64,000 nucleotides of DNA from Lama guanicoe (Eukaryota). The stretch lies in NCBI GenBank assembly GCA_013239625.1, contig MU053873.1, positions 1,688,524 to 1,752,523 of the forward strand, read 5' to 3'. The position numbers were made by a program, and so were the translations under genes. Numbering within the stretch: position 1 is the stretch's first letter; each line of letters begins with the position of its first letter. Positions 36,730-48,640 of the stretch are shown here, in pieces. The notes beneath the pieces are model-generated. The model searched no databases and was not told where the DNA came from. It saw only the letters and a list, made by a program, of their open reading frames with translations.

Positions 36730-37430
36730 GCCGTGCCTGAGCCAACCCCTGTGCAAGTACCACAGCTGGGCGGCTGTCCGGTCCCTCCCGGCGGGGCTCA
36801 CGTGCACCAGGGCGACCCGAGGATCCTTGCCCCGCAGACCCACTGGCCTTGGGGCGCCGTCCTCCCCTCCGCTCGGCCGCTGTCGCCGATTCTCATGGCC
36901 CTCACGTTTGCCTGCCCACAGCCGCTCCACACAGGATGTAATTAAATGCTTTGAAGAGCACTTCGGGACATTTGATTATGCAGAAAAACTCCGCAGAAAT
37001 GTGAGCTGTTGTATGCAGCTGGTTTCCCCGCGGTCTCTGTCAGTGCTCACTGCTCTGTGAAAAGTCCTAGAGCGGGAGGAGGCTGGCAGCCCGTTGCAGG
37101 AGCTGGAGCCCCGGGCTGAGCGGATGCCTGGTTCACCCACCCTTCTCTCCCCAGGAGCTGCCAGAGCATGACCAGCCTGCTGGGCCCCGCTGCCTCGCCC
37201 GGCAAGGACGGCACCTCCTCTCTGCCCAGAAGGCAGGGCTCGCTGGCCCGGCCGCCGCTCCGTGCTCTGTACGACCTGCTGGTGGCGCCCATGGAGGGGG
37301 TAAGTGCCACTCACCGCACCTGAACAGCCGGCCCAGGATGGCCGGGCTTTTCCAGAATGGGTCTTCCCCATCCAGTGTCTGGCAGCTGAGTGGATGCGTG
37401 TTCTTGGGCGGCCGCAGGTTAGTGGACGGG
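36730..37430. promoter_or_regulatory. Intragenic CpG-rich island around exon 14
   Basis: Dense CpGs (ggcggctgtccggt, ggcgacccga, ccgctcggccgctgtcgccga, gcccggccgccgctccg) extending into both flanking introns. Obs/exp ratio not computed. Confidence 0.5.
37155..37299 (+). CDS. TTC28: TTC28 exon 14 equivalent, 145 nt: SCQSMTSLLGPAASPGKDGTSSLPRRQGSLARPPLRALYDLLVAPMEG (start of CHAT domain)
   Basis: Acceptor ccttctctccccag, donor gtaagt at 37300. Contains the LYDLL.AP motif typical of the CHAT N-terminal helix. Absent from the ORF track; read by hand. Confidence 0.96.
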
Positions 37431-38929
37431 GCCCTGGGTTCAAGCCCTAGCCCTGCTCCTGACTCCCAGTAAATTGGGCCTTGAGACCTCAGGTGCAGTG
37501 GGAATGCTGCGTGTCCGCTCAGTGGCTGGGTGTGGCCAGTTGGAGATGGTCTCTCAGGTGGGGAGCAGCCTGCCAGGACTCTTTCTTCTGCTTGAGCCAA
37601 GGTGAAGTGCGTCCTCAGGAAACCACACTGTGACTTGCAGGGATGTGTGTCAGCTTGACGAACATTTCTCAGGAGGCCGCACTGCCTGCTGGTGCCCTCT
37701 AGGCTCCCCTCGCTTGGGGACACCCAGGTGGAGCAAAGCGCAGAGCCTTTAGGAGCTGGCAGGTGGGACTCTGGTGTGGCAATGCCTTTTCCTGGCTAGG
37801 TGACCTTGGCCAAGCTGCTACTCCTCCCTGAGTACCCATGTCCTCATTAGAAAATGAGGCCAGTGTGCCTAGAAGAGCCATCTCTGTGTCCCCAGCAGCT
37901 GGCACAGGGCCTGGTACATGTCAGCACTCAGTCAAGTCCATGGAATGGTACACAGTCCAAAGCTGCATTTGATTTTTGGGTCTAGTGTGGATACAAAGCA
38001 GAAGACCCAAGGCAGAAAACACTAATGAATTTTCTGTGGCCACTCTTGTGTGGCACCTGGGACTTTGCAGCAGGTTATGGAGCAGAAGGAAGGGGCTGGG
38101 CCTGCCCGGGAGCGCCCTGCATCTGTGAGCCGCCCCCACCCTGTCCGCCGTCGACCAGGTGCCCGCTTCCTGCTTATTCTGGGCAGGATGACAAGTCCAG
38201 CGACAGGCCTGCAGGGGACACACCTGACAGTTGTTTGTCTCGCTGGGGGAACCTGGGGAGGCGGGACTGGGAAGGGCTCTTCCCTTGTATGGAAGGCAGG
38301 ACTCCTGTGGGTGGAGAGCGGTGGCCCCTCCCTCCCCCAGAGTTTCCACCTGGAGGGAAGCTGCTACAGCTGGGAGTCTATAAAGTCTGCACTGTCTTTT
38401 TAAGAGTTTTTCTCCCTGAGGACTTTCCCCTTTGACTTAAAGAATGAAAATATGCCAATGGGGTTGGTGGCTGCTTGTGTCTGGACAGCTGTGCTCCTCC
38501 AGGGGTGCTGGCAGGGGAAGATTTATGGACTTGAGCCTCAGATGAGTTAGAACAGTGGTAAGTGGTGCCTTTACACTGTTAACTAAGGAGGGGAGAGCCT
38601 GGCCCCCAATGTGTGTGTGGGTCCTGAAGCTGTGGGGGCGCCTCTGTGTTCAGGGCTCCGGGTATGAACAGATGGGACGGGGCCCTGCTCTTGAAGTGAG
38701 GCATTTAGCCAGAAAGCAGACCCTTCATTCCTAATATTTAAGTGTTCTCATTTGTGACTGAGGAGTCTGACCACAGTGAAGAAGTTAGGCTGCCTGAAAT
38801 AAGATGTGGAGAAAAACCTTTCAAAAGCTATTAAATGATCAGGGCAGGAGCTCTTGCTTGGCTACCTACTGTGACCCACTGCATTTCAGTAAAAACACCT
38901 CAATCTAGCCAAGAGTTCCTTCCATCTCA

Positions 38930-39070
38930 GTTTCATCCATTCACTCAACAAGTGTTTATTGACGTATGCTGAGCACAGCCGGGCACACTCCATCCTGGAC
39001 ACAGAGGAGACGGCCGGCCGAGAGAGGGTGGTGGCCCAGGTCTGATGCTCCCAGGCTCAGATGAGGGAGG
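38930..39070 (-). mobile_element. L2 3' end
   Basis: ttcatccattcactcaacaagtgtttattga...gccgggcac. Confidence 0.7.
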
Positions 39071-39964
39071 GGAGGGGAGGTCCAGTCGCTTCCCCTCAGC
39101 TGGGCTGCCGGGTCTTCCGGCCGCTTCTCGTCTTGCTCCGAAGACCACTAGAGGGAGACACAGCACCACCCACCCCTCGCCGCTGTCAGCTGCCAGAGCC
39201 AGGCCCTTCTCCACATTTTCAGTGAAAATACAAATCAAAACCAAAAGTCCAAGATTATGAATCACTGACTTCAAGACTAAAACGATTAGCCTCTTCACGT
39301 GAGGCTTATAATTATTTGAACAACTGCCTTTGTTTCGCCGCAGTCCTGTTGCTAAGGGACTAGGTCAGATGGTATGAAAAGTGGAACAGAATTATGTTTC
39401 ACTGCAGGCTTGTACCAGCCCTTGATTTAATTTCGCTTAGGGGAAACAGTGGTGTGGCTCTTTCCTGGAACCACGCTGTCCTTTACTGTCAGGATGGGGT
39501 GAGCATGTCCAGTGGTCTTTGAGGAGGGCCCAGTTACATACGCACACGAGCCATCATCAGACATAAAGTCAAATCCTGTCTCAGACCCAAAGGAGAAAAT
39601 GTTACCAGAGAAGAGTTGGATGTGTTTGGTGTCAAAGGGACAGGGACCCTGTTTGTGTCGTGGCAGTCGTTTGTAATCGCAGTAGAGTGAAGGGTAGTTC
39701 CTCTTGCCCGAGCCTGGACTTCCTTGCTTGAGGTGAAGGGATGGATATTGGACCAGTCCGGACCTCACAGCAGGCACACACGGAACCACGTGCCAGCAGC
39801 TGTGTTCCAGGGGCCGCACCAGCTGTGCTGAGGCCCCGCGGGACTGCTCCGAGAAGCTGCTCGTTCCCTCAGGTCCGTTTGCAGGTGGGGCTCCATCCAA
39901 GGCCAGAAGCTGCTTTCATCAAGGACCCAGATCTGGAGGAAATTCCCTAGGATTTGGTCAAATC

Positions 39965-40058
39965 TTTTTTTTTTTTATTGAAGTATAGTTGATGTACAGC
40001 ATGACATGTTACAGGGGTACAGCATGGTGAGTCAATTTCTGAACGTTGTGCTCTACCG
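39965..40058 (-). mobile_element. Short 5'-truncated L1 3' end with poly(A)
   Basis: T-run followed by attgaagtatagttgatgtaca...gttacaggggtacagcatggtgagtca, typical of laurasiatherian L1 3' termini. Confidence 0.75.
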
Positions 40059-43000
40059 AACCCCTCTTTAAACATCCAGGTTTGGGGCCTTTCAGGATCG
40101 TTGGGGTTTGGGCTTGTTTTGGTCTTGGTCACCCTTATCAGCATTTCCATTTGTTTAAACTCCCAGTTTCCTACATTTACAGTCTTAAAAACCAAGATGG
40201 TAGGACAGGAATGAAGAGTGAATGACTTTGATCAGAAAGAAGAGTCCTCCTCGTCCACCTCTGCTCTGACTAATGAATCTTCAGGGTTAAGCAGAGTCGC
40301 CTGTTTCAGGATCCCAGAAGCTGACTTAAAACTTGCTGTTCGTGTCGGTTGGGTTGGTAAACTGATTCCTGAACACCAGAGCTTTGCCCAGGACGGCTCA
40401 TCTGAGAACCCGAGGCAGGGACCTGGCCTGGCCAGGAGGGGAGCTTGGCGTTAGCTGGGTCAGGACCGTAATTACTGTGCTGGGGAAAGGAGACTCTTGC
40501 AAAATCAAGCAATGTGATGAACCAGTTAACCCTGGACCAGGTGCCTAGGCGTGAGACTGACGGGTCAGGTGCCTGGTTTGTAAATAGACTGGAGGCTCTG
40601 GAGACAGTCCGGGAATGTTTATCCACAGAACAGTCGGACCTTGACTGCAGAGTGGCGCGGAGGACAAGGCCCGTGAGTTGGGCACCACCAGGCTTTCTAA
40701 TTGATTTCTGATTGAGACATCTGTAGTCACATTCAGATGAGGACAAACATCACCCAAGGACAGTGAGCGTTTCCACAACTGATTAGGAGAAGGAAAAATG
40801 GAGGCAGTTACTTGTAAGCTGCCTGTAGCACTGAACACGCTGGCGCAAGCACGCAGGCCAGCCAGCCAGTGCCCGCGAGGCAAGCAGTGTGCTGCCCGGG
40901 GTCGGTGTTGCCCGGGGTCAGTGCCGTGTGGGCCGATTCGAGCTGACGTTCAGCAGTGCCTCTCAGCCTGACCCCAGCAGCTTCTGGGGAGCTGAGGTGC
41001 GCCTGCCACTGAGGGTGTGAAGCTCCTTTGCCCCATGTCAGCCACAGCGAGGCCGCTGCGGCCAAACAGAGCCCTGAGCTGCGTTGGCTGAGGCCGCACC
41101 CTGGGTGTCCGGCAGGCCTCTCTGGCTCTAGTTGGCACTGGTCAGGCGTCTCAGCAGTCAGATTCCTCACCCTCCCCGGCTCAGACTCTCCAGGCACACC
41201 AGTGGTTTGTTGTCTGGTTGGTCACAGAACACGGCTGAGCGGGTTGAATTTTGGCTTTTGCATTTCTGGTTGGAATACAGTGTCTACAATCTGTGTAGCT
41301 TTTAGTCGTGGTTTTGGAGTTATTTCTAACAGGTATGATATTTACTGAGACTGATGCATCCATCCGTGGCACCAAGATTTCTCAGAAGCATCAAAGAAAA
41401 GGTTTCTCTACCTTAAAATGTTCTGTTTGATCAATTCACTCAATCAAAAACATAAATCAGGGGAAAAAATCTTAAACCCTGTACACAGTTCTGGGATATC
41501 CAGATACCCAGTGGTTCTTTGCTTCTGGAATCCTTGTTGTAGATAGTAAAGTCCACGTCATCCCAAATCTAACCTGCCAGCAAGTTCATGGACCCAGTTT
41601 TCTTTCCCTCCCTCATGGTGATCAGGAATGTTCATTCTCTGGCCCATGGTGCTGTGGAGCTCTGGGGGCCTCCTGCGTCCTACGTGCAAATGGAGCTCTC
41701 CACACTGCAGTGGGGGCTGCAGGCTGATATTCTGAGCCCCAGCCCTGTGCACAGAGCACGGACTTCCAAGCTGAGGTCAGGACACATGCACCATCATGAC
41801 ATTGGTGCCTTTTGAACAGTGCAGGACTCCCCACTCACCATGAGTATATATAGGAGATGACCATTGACCAAAATGGTGATCGAGTCAGAACTTACCAGCC
41901 AGGCAAACACTCAGGATCTGTTGGGGGCTGCCTAGAGGAACCGCAGACTCAGAAATTGGACTTCAGGGTCACTGCTTGGTGGTGGAGTTCTCAGGTTCAG
42001 GAGTCGTGGACACTCAGTGAACAGCTGACGATGGCGAGGGAGACGTGAAGATGAGGACATCTCTTCATCCCTGGGCTCAGTTTGGAGCTGGATGCTCTGC
42101 AGAGGCCATTTGTTGGTTTTAGCCACATGATTGTTCACAGACACAGGAGGGAGAGGGGATGAGTTGTGCTAGAAGAATGACTGAGGCCCAGCAGAAAGAA
42201 TAGTGTGAATAATAGGAGGCCCAGCAATGCCCGGCGACCCTGGATCAGCGGACAGGTCTGGTCACACACCTGGCAGGTGGCCTGAGCCCCCACACTGCCC
42301 ACATGCTGGGCAGCAGGAGTCTGGGCAGCGAGCAGGTGTCACTGTCACAGCTGCTGACCCATCCCCGAGGTCGGGGCACCATCAGCCCAGCTGCTCTGGC
42401 TCCACCTCCAGGTGCACTTGGCACCCGGCAGCAGCAGGGGTGCTCCAGAGTCCCTCTACCTGCCGGGCCAGGCAGGGGCCTTGGTGTGGCCCACTGTGGG
42501 GACATGGGCCCAGGGGTCAACAGCTGGAGTGGAGCAGGGCTGTGGGCACCCAGCCTTTCCTAGCTCCCTGTGCCACCCCAGAAACCCATCACCGGCAACG
42601 CTGGGGTCACTGTGCATGCCCCGCTTCTCCCTTCCTGGGTTGTACAGTGATGCTGTTACCTCTCCTTGGGAAATTGCTCTTAAATCAAACAAGCAAATTG
42701 GCCTAATAATTTTTATTTCTGCTTTCTTTAGATGTGTCTAGAATTTAAAAAAAAAAGAAAAAGCCACAGGGGGTTTGTACAGATGGAATGTCGTGCCAGT
42801 CACATGTCACTTTGGGTTAGCCAAGTGCCTCCTGCGCCTTCAGCCAAGCGCTCACAGCAGCGCGGCCACGGTTCAGGCGTGCACACTCACTCCCCAGAGC
42901 ACGGCGGCTGGGGTGGCAGATGGGCGAGGGGGGCCTGGCTGTGACCCTGCCCCAAGGTCCCTGTGGGCCTGCATGCTCCCCATCCCCGCAGGCTCAGGGC

Positions 43001-43835
43001 GGAGACCCCTTCATCTCTTCATTTACGCTCAGCCCATCTTGTCCAGTTTTCCCAATTGCTGTCCACTCGTTTTATCAAGATTCCCATGGCCTTCGTCTCT
43101 GCTTCTGTGGAGAGTGAAGGGTGTCTGTCTGCTGTGGGTCTGTGGCACCCCGCTCTCAGGTCCTCACCTGGGCCTTTCAGGGGTGATGGGTGACCCATCA
43201 GTGTCAGATTCCTGCCAGCCCCAGGGGAGCAAGTGGGTCAGCACCTGCAGAGTCTGGGGCCAAGAGCTGTCCTCTGCTCAGGGGAGAGGGACAGAGGCCT
43301 GGAGGTGACGCGGGGTCTAGGAATCCAGACCTTTCTTCACGGGAGGTCATCCTGGCTCCCAAAGCTTCAGTCCACACTGTGGTTCTCTAGCCTCTTGTGC
43401 ATCAAAATGGACAGCACATCCCGCTCTGGTTGAGTTCTCACCATCTGTATGAGCGGGTTCATTCCTGTACAGCTCTGAGGGTCCCAGTGCCAACACAGCA
43501 TCCCCTGGCTTGGTTCTTGGTATGCTCTGTGACTCACAGAGAGCTTTCTGGGATGGCTACCCCTTGCGTTAACCCCTGGCCCCCTATGGAAACATCTGGA
43601 TGACCAGGGCTGGTCCTGTCTCCGTGGGAGTCCTCTGCCACGACGGGGGACCCCAGGCTCCTCCTTGCCCTCCTCCTCTGGCCTCCTCCTCCAGGTCCTC
43701 GGGGACTGAGACAGGCAGTGCTCCCGCAGGCCACGCCCCTGCCTGTCACCCACACTCCCCGTGGACCCTCTGGGGAGCCTGCCCTGGGCCCGTCTCTGCC
43801 CTGACACGCGTGTCCGCTGCTCACTTGCCCTGCAG

Positions 43836-44015
43836 GGCCTGATGCACTCCAGCGGGCCCGTCGGCCGGCACCGACAGCTGGTCCTGGTTCTGGAAGGGGA
43901 GCTCTACCTCATCCCTTTCGCCCTCCTGAAGGGAAGCTCCTCCAACGAGTACCTCTACGAGCGCTTCGCCCTCATCGCCGTCCCCTCCATCCGCTCCCTC
44001 GGCCCGCAGTCCAAG
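43836..44015 (+). CDS. TTC28: TTC28 exon 15 equivalent, 180 nt: GLMHSSGPVGRHRQLVLVLEGELYLIPFALLKGSSSNEYLYERFALIAVPSIRSLGPQSK
   Basis: Acceptor cttgccctgcag, donor gtgagt at 44016. Lies inside ORF 43761..44234; CHAT 'G.L..IPFA.L' motif. Confidence 0.97.
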
Positions 44016-45946
44016 GTGAGTGGGGTGCCCAGGGCGCAGTGCCCCGGCCAGGCTGGGCCCCCGCGGGGGAGGATGTGGACTCTGCAAAGCGTGGGCTTTA
44101 TAGTTTGTAGCTGGTGGGCCGGCTTTGGAGTAGATCTGTCTGAAGGTGGGGGCAGCCCTCCGGACCCTGACAGTTCGCTGCTACCCCAGGGAGCCACGCT
44201 GTGTGTCATGTCCCTCTACATTTCTTTGCTGTGACATCAGGGTTGGGAGCTACTCACAGCACTAAGTCAGGCTTGAGGCCAGGCCAAGCATCTGAGGAAG
44301 CTGGTTACCCCCATCCCTCACGAGCCCCATGAGGCTGTACTCACCCCACCAGGCTGACCGTGGACTGAGCCGAGGGGCCGCAGGCAGGGAGGGCAGACAG
44401 ATAAGATTAGTGTCAAGTGGAAGAGAATCCCACAGGCTGACAAAGATCCGAGAACAAGTGGGGCTTTCAGGAGACAGGAAGGGACTTGGGTCTGGTTCAG
44501 CGGAAGTCAGAATGGGCATGTCTGTGGAACTCAAGAGGGTGACACTGGGCCATCTGCGGGGCAGGGCTCGCCCACAGCCATTGCCGGCCCTGCCCACCTG
44601 TCTAGGGAGCCTTCTGAGCTGACCCGAACCCTCCTCCCTTTTCTAAACTTGTCCAGAGACCCTGAAACCCTGGCTTCCTTCTGACCACCCCCCGCCACCT
44701 CCTGCAGCGTCCTCGCTGCCCCAGAGCGGGGCTGTCTCCCCTCCGGGGGCCTGAACTGCTCCATCCTTGAGGTGACGATGCCCTCAAGCTGCCCGCTGCT
44801 CTTAGCACCCTCAGACCCCAGGAGGGCTCGGTCACACAGGCCCTTTCACAGAGGGAGGGCGTGTCAGCTGGTTTAAGGACCTCAGACCCCCGGCCTGGGG
44901 TGCTGGTGGCCCCCACGGGACCTGCCTCGACCTCCGCTGACCTTGGTCATTGGCTGGGTTGCAGTTGGGTCAGCGTCTGCTCACGGGTTTTGGAGCTCTG
45001 CGTTAGGGCTGCTTTAGTTACCAAATCATGTTCCTCATGGGAAAGAATCAGTTCAAAGTGAAAGAAATGATTTTCTCCAAGTTTTTCTTGTGTCCATGGT
45101 TGACTGAGCCCCAGATGTGAGCGCACTGTGTGCGGGCCCACACGGAGGACCGCCAGGAGCGCCCCGGGAAGTGGCGGGCGTGGCCTGTGGATGCAACAGT
45201 GAGCCGCCGTCTGCCCACGTAACCAGGGCTGGAGGGTGCCGTCTCCTGACCCGCACCCGACAGGCTCCTCTTCTCCAGAGTTTAAGGCATCACCAGGTGG
45301 AGACAACAAAAAGCTATTTTGCGATAATTTGATACTTGCTGTTTCTCAAAAAGCATCCAAAAGCACTGGGGAAAATCAGAACTTTGTTGGGCTTCTTTAT
45401 GCTGACTTCACGTCAGTGCTGCTGTTCCTCTGCGGCAGGTAGAGTGGGAAGGAACGCCTGCCTTTTCAGCCTGTAGTGCCTCTAAGGACTGGATTTGGCC
45501 CTGCTCCCCTGAGCGTGATGTGCTTTTTGCACTTTAAACAGTCACCCCTCAAAGCTCCTGACACATCAGGAGTGCGTTCCCTCTCATTTAGGGGCTCACA
45601 GGGGGTCTGTGGGAGAGGGATGTGGGGCAGGCGACACAGCCCCTCCCTCCCACAGGCCGTCCTGTCAATGCTCCTCCCCCGGCCCTCCCGGCCTGATGAG
45701 CAGGAAGGGTTCTTCCTGCCACCTAGTCCTGATTATTTTCAAGAGCTTGTCACAGCAGCTGTGATTCTCAGTAAGACGTGCACCTGTGTCAGAAAGGTGG
45801 GAACAGCAGAGTGAACGAGGTTTGGGGAGAACAGGCAGAGCCACGCTGGACCCAGGGCCGCAGAGAGCTGGCCGTCCCCACGCTCGGCCGCTGGGCAGCC
45901 TGGCTGCTGTCTGATGGCTGGTCTGCGGTCTCCCCTCCCCTCCCAG

Positions 45947-46667
45947 TCTCACCTGAGGAAGAACCCGCCCACGTTCTCCAACTCCACATCCATGGCGGCC
46001 GTAGTGGGCAATCCCAAGCTCCCATCAGCAGTGATGGACAGGTGGCTGTGGGGCCCGATGCCCTCGGCTGAGGAGGAAGCCTACATGGTGGCAGAGCTGC
46101 TGGGCTGCCAGCCCCTGGTGGGCAGTGTGGCTACCAAAGAGCGGGTCATGAGTGCCCTGACCCAGGCTGAGTGTGTCCACTTCGCCACTCACATCTCTTG
46201 GAAACTGTCGGCCTTGGTCCTCACACCCAGTGTGGACGGCAATCCCGCCGGCAGCAAGAGCTCCTTCGGCCACCCCTACACGATCCCCGAGTCCCTGCGG
46301 GTGCAGGACGACGCCAGCGACGGGGAGAGCCTCTCGGACTGCCCACCGCTGCAGGAGCTGCTGCTCACGGCCGCCGACGTCCTGGACCTGCGGCTGCCCG
46401 TGAAGCTGGTGGTCCTCGGCTCATCCCAGGAGTCCAACAGCAAAGTCACAGCCGACGGGGTCATTGCACTGACACGGGCCTTCCTGGCGGCTGGCGCACA
46501 GTGTGTCCTCGTGTCTCTGTGGCCTGTGCCTGTGGCCGCTTCCAAGATGTTCCTGCATGCCCTGTACTCGTCCCTGCTGAATGGCCTGAAGGCCAGCGCG
46601 GCCCTGGGCGAGGCCATGAAGGTGGTGCAGAGCAGCAAGGCCTTCTCGCACCCCTCCAACTGGGCAG
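45947..46667 (+). CDS. TTC28: TTC28 exon 16 equivalent, 721 nt: CHAT domain core (SHLRKNPP...VHFATHIS...VVLGSSQ...HPSNWA)
   Basis: Acceptor tcccctcccctcccag, donor gtagga at 46668. Lies inside ORF 45914..46846; CHAT motifs AFLAAGA..VLVSLW.V and HP..WA.F. Confidence 0.97.
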
Positions 46668-46949
46668 GTAGGAGCTCGGGCCGTAGGTCGAGCGCCTGGG
46701 GGGCGGTCCTCACAGCCCCGGGTTGGGGTGGGGAGGGTGGGGCCGGCCCTGGCGAAGGCAGTGTGGAGACTGAGGGAGAGCACCTTGCTGGCTGGGACTC
46801 TTGCCTGCTGCCAGGTCAGTCTCGTGTTACACAAATATTTAAGTAGTCTTTCAACAGCGAGCAGCAGAAAGGTTTGTGTGTGTCAGGCTCCCCTGATGTG
46901 TGTGCTGCGCGGCCCCTCAGGTGAAATCCCAAACCATAGGAGGGAGAGG

Positions 46950-47150
46950 TCAGTGCGGTAGAAAGACCCTGGATTTGGTCACTGGAGGACTCGAGTAAGA
47001 TCGGGATCCGTGTCAGGCTGTGTGGCCCAGACAGGTTACTTACCCTCTCTGTGTCCTCGGTGGTAACAAGGGGACGGTGGTGGCTCCTTGTATGAGGAGC
47101 GGGCTGGATGTCTCGTGCTGTGTGAGGAGGGCTGGCAGCTCAGGGCATGG
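46950..47150 (+). mobile_element. MIR SINE
   Basis: gcggtagaaagaccctggatttgg...gctgtgtggcccagacaggttacttaccctctctgtgtcctcgg. Confidence 0.7.
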
Positions 47151-48127
47151 TCCCCTGCCACTGCCGGGAGATGCAGAAATCAGTTGGAGTTCCCATGATC
47201 ATTTTCAGCAAATGTCTGTTTCGGGTCCATTCATGGCAGTCAGCAGGGCCTGAGCTGCATGTGGTACCACAGAACGTTCTGCAGGGCCTGGGGGGACCCA
47301 GCCCAAGTGCTTGGCCATTTAGTCCTGTCAGGACCGCCTCCCCATCTTCCTGATGTGTTCATGGACGTGGTATTTCTGTCATTGTTTAGTTTCAGTGCCA
47401 ATACAAAAGCCATCTGTTCTAGGGAAAGTGATGTTTAATGATGCTGCCTTGTTACCCTTAAAACAGCCTTGCCTCATTCATTCTTAGAAAACCCTTTCCC
47501 TCCATTACTTGGGGGCAGGTTGGTCGTAAAGTTGCTTGGTGGAGACTGTACCACCGTGCCTCCCCCCAGGCCTGCTGATGGCGTGGGTGCTGGGAAAGGA
47601 AGCCGGGGGGCAGGAGGGAGGGGTGGGACCCAGGCAGATGGATGTGTGGCTCCTTCCCAGCCCCGACTCTGTTGGCTCAGGTGCTGCCTCCTGTCCCCTC
47701 GTCTGATGGCCCCAAGGAGTCAAGCACACCTGCCCCTCCATCCCTGGGCTCATTCTAGACACAGATGAATTTAGGAAAAACAAGGGAGGTCATTTCCCAG
47801 GATGCTGGCCAAGCCAGGGAAGGGCCCCAGAGGCCACACAGCCTGTTCCTGCCCTCACTCACTGCGCCGCAGGAAAGCAGAGGCATTTTCCTGAGCCATT
47901 GTCACAGTGAAACAGCACCATCCACTTACTGAGCAATTAAACAGTATCGACTCTTAAAAGGGAGGGGACAGATGGGTACCAAACTGCTCCCAGTGAGTGA
48001 GATGCCCCAGTCTAGCCTGTGGAGCAGCTGTGCTGGGCGGGCCCCTCTTCCTGCAACAAATGAGCTAGAGAGGCCAGGCCAGGACTGGGCGAGGGTGGCC
48101 CTAAGGTGCCGTCCGTGCTCCCCACAG

Positions 48128-48252
48128 GGTTCTTGCTCATCGGGAGCGACGTGAAGCTCAACAGCCCCTCCTCACTCATCGGCCAGGCCCTCACAGAGAT
48201 CCTCCAGCACCCGGAGCGAGCGCGGGACGCCCTGCGAGTGCTGCTGCACCTG
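48128..48252 (+). CDS. TTC28: TTC28 exon 17 equivalent, 125 nt: (G)FLLIGSDVKLNSPSSLIGQALTEILQHPERARDALRVLLHL
   Basis: Acceptor ctccccacag, donor gtaaag at 48253; phase 1/0 fits neighbours. Confidence 0.96.
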
Positions 48253-48439
48253 GTAAAGGGCCCCCAGAGACACCAGGGGCAGGGTGAGGCTGGAGGGTTT
48301 CCACAGCACCGGGGGCGTGAGCAGGTGGAGGGAAACTGTCCCCAGGGTCTGTGGGCATAGCCAGTCATTATGTGTGATGGGGACGTGTGTGCTGTCACAC
48401 TGACGGCTGTGGCCATCCTTGCCAGACCTGGGGTGGTGG

Positions 48440-48640
48440 GGAGCAGCCGAGGGGGACCTGGAGCAGGGCCTCGCCACAGCCACCTCCAGCCACATGGCTT
48501 TGGGCAAGTCAGCTTGGCTCTCTGAGCCTCAACTTCCTGGTGTGGAAGTGGGGATGAGACGTTCCCTTTTCAAGGTTATCGTGAGAATTAGAGAAAAGGC
48601 GAGAATAGGGTCCTGGTAGCTGAGAGCTGGTATTCTATGA
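48440..48640 (+). mobile_element. MIR SINE
   Basis: tggctttgggcaagtcagcttggctctctgagcctcaacttcct...ggttatcgtgagaattagaga. Confidence 0.75.

Noticed and set aside
46668..46846. ORF extension past exon 16 as an alternative C-terminus
   Set aside because: G-rich intronic read-through with no nearby poly(A) signal; the donor at 46668 fits exon 17 phase.
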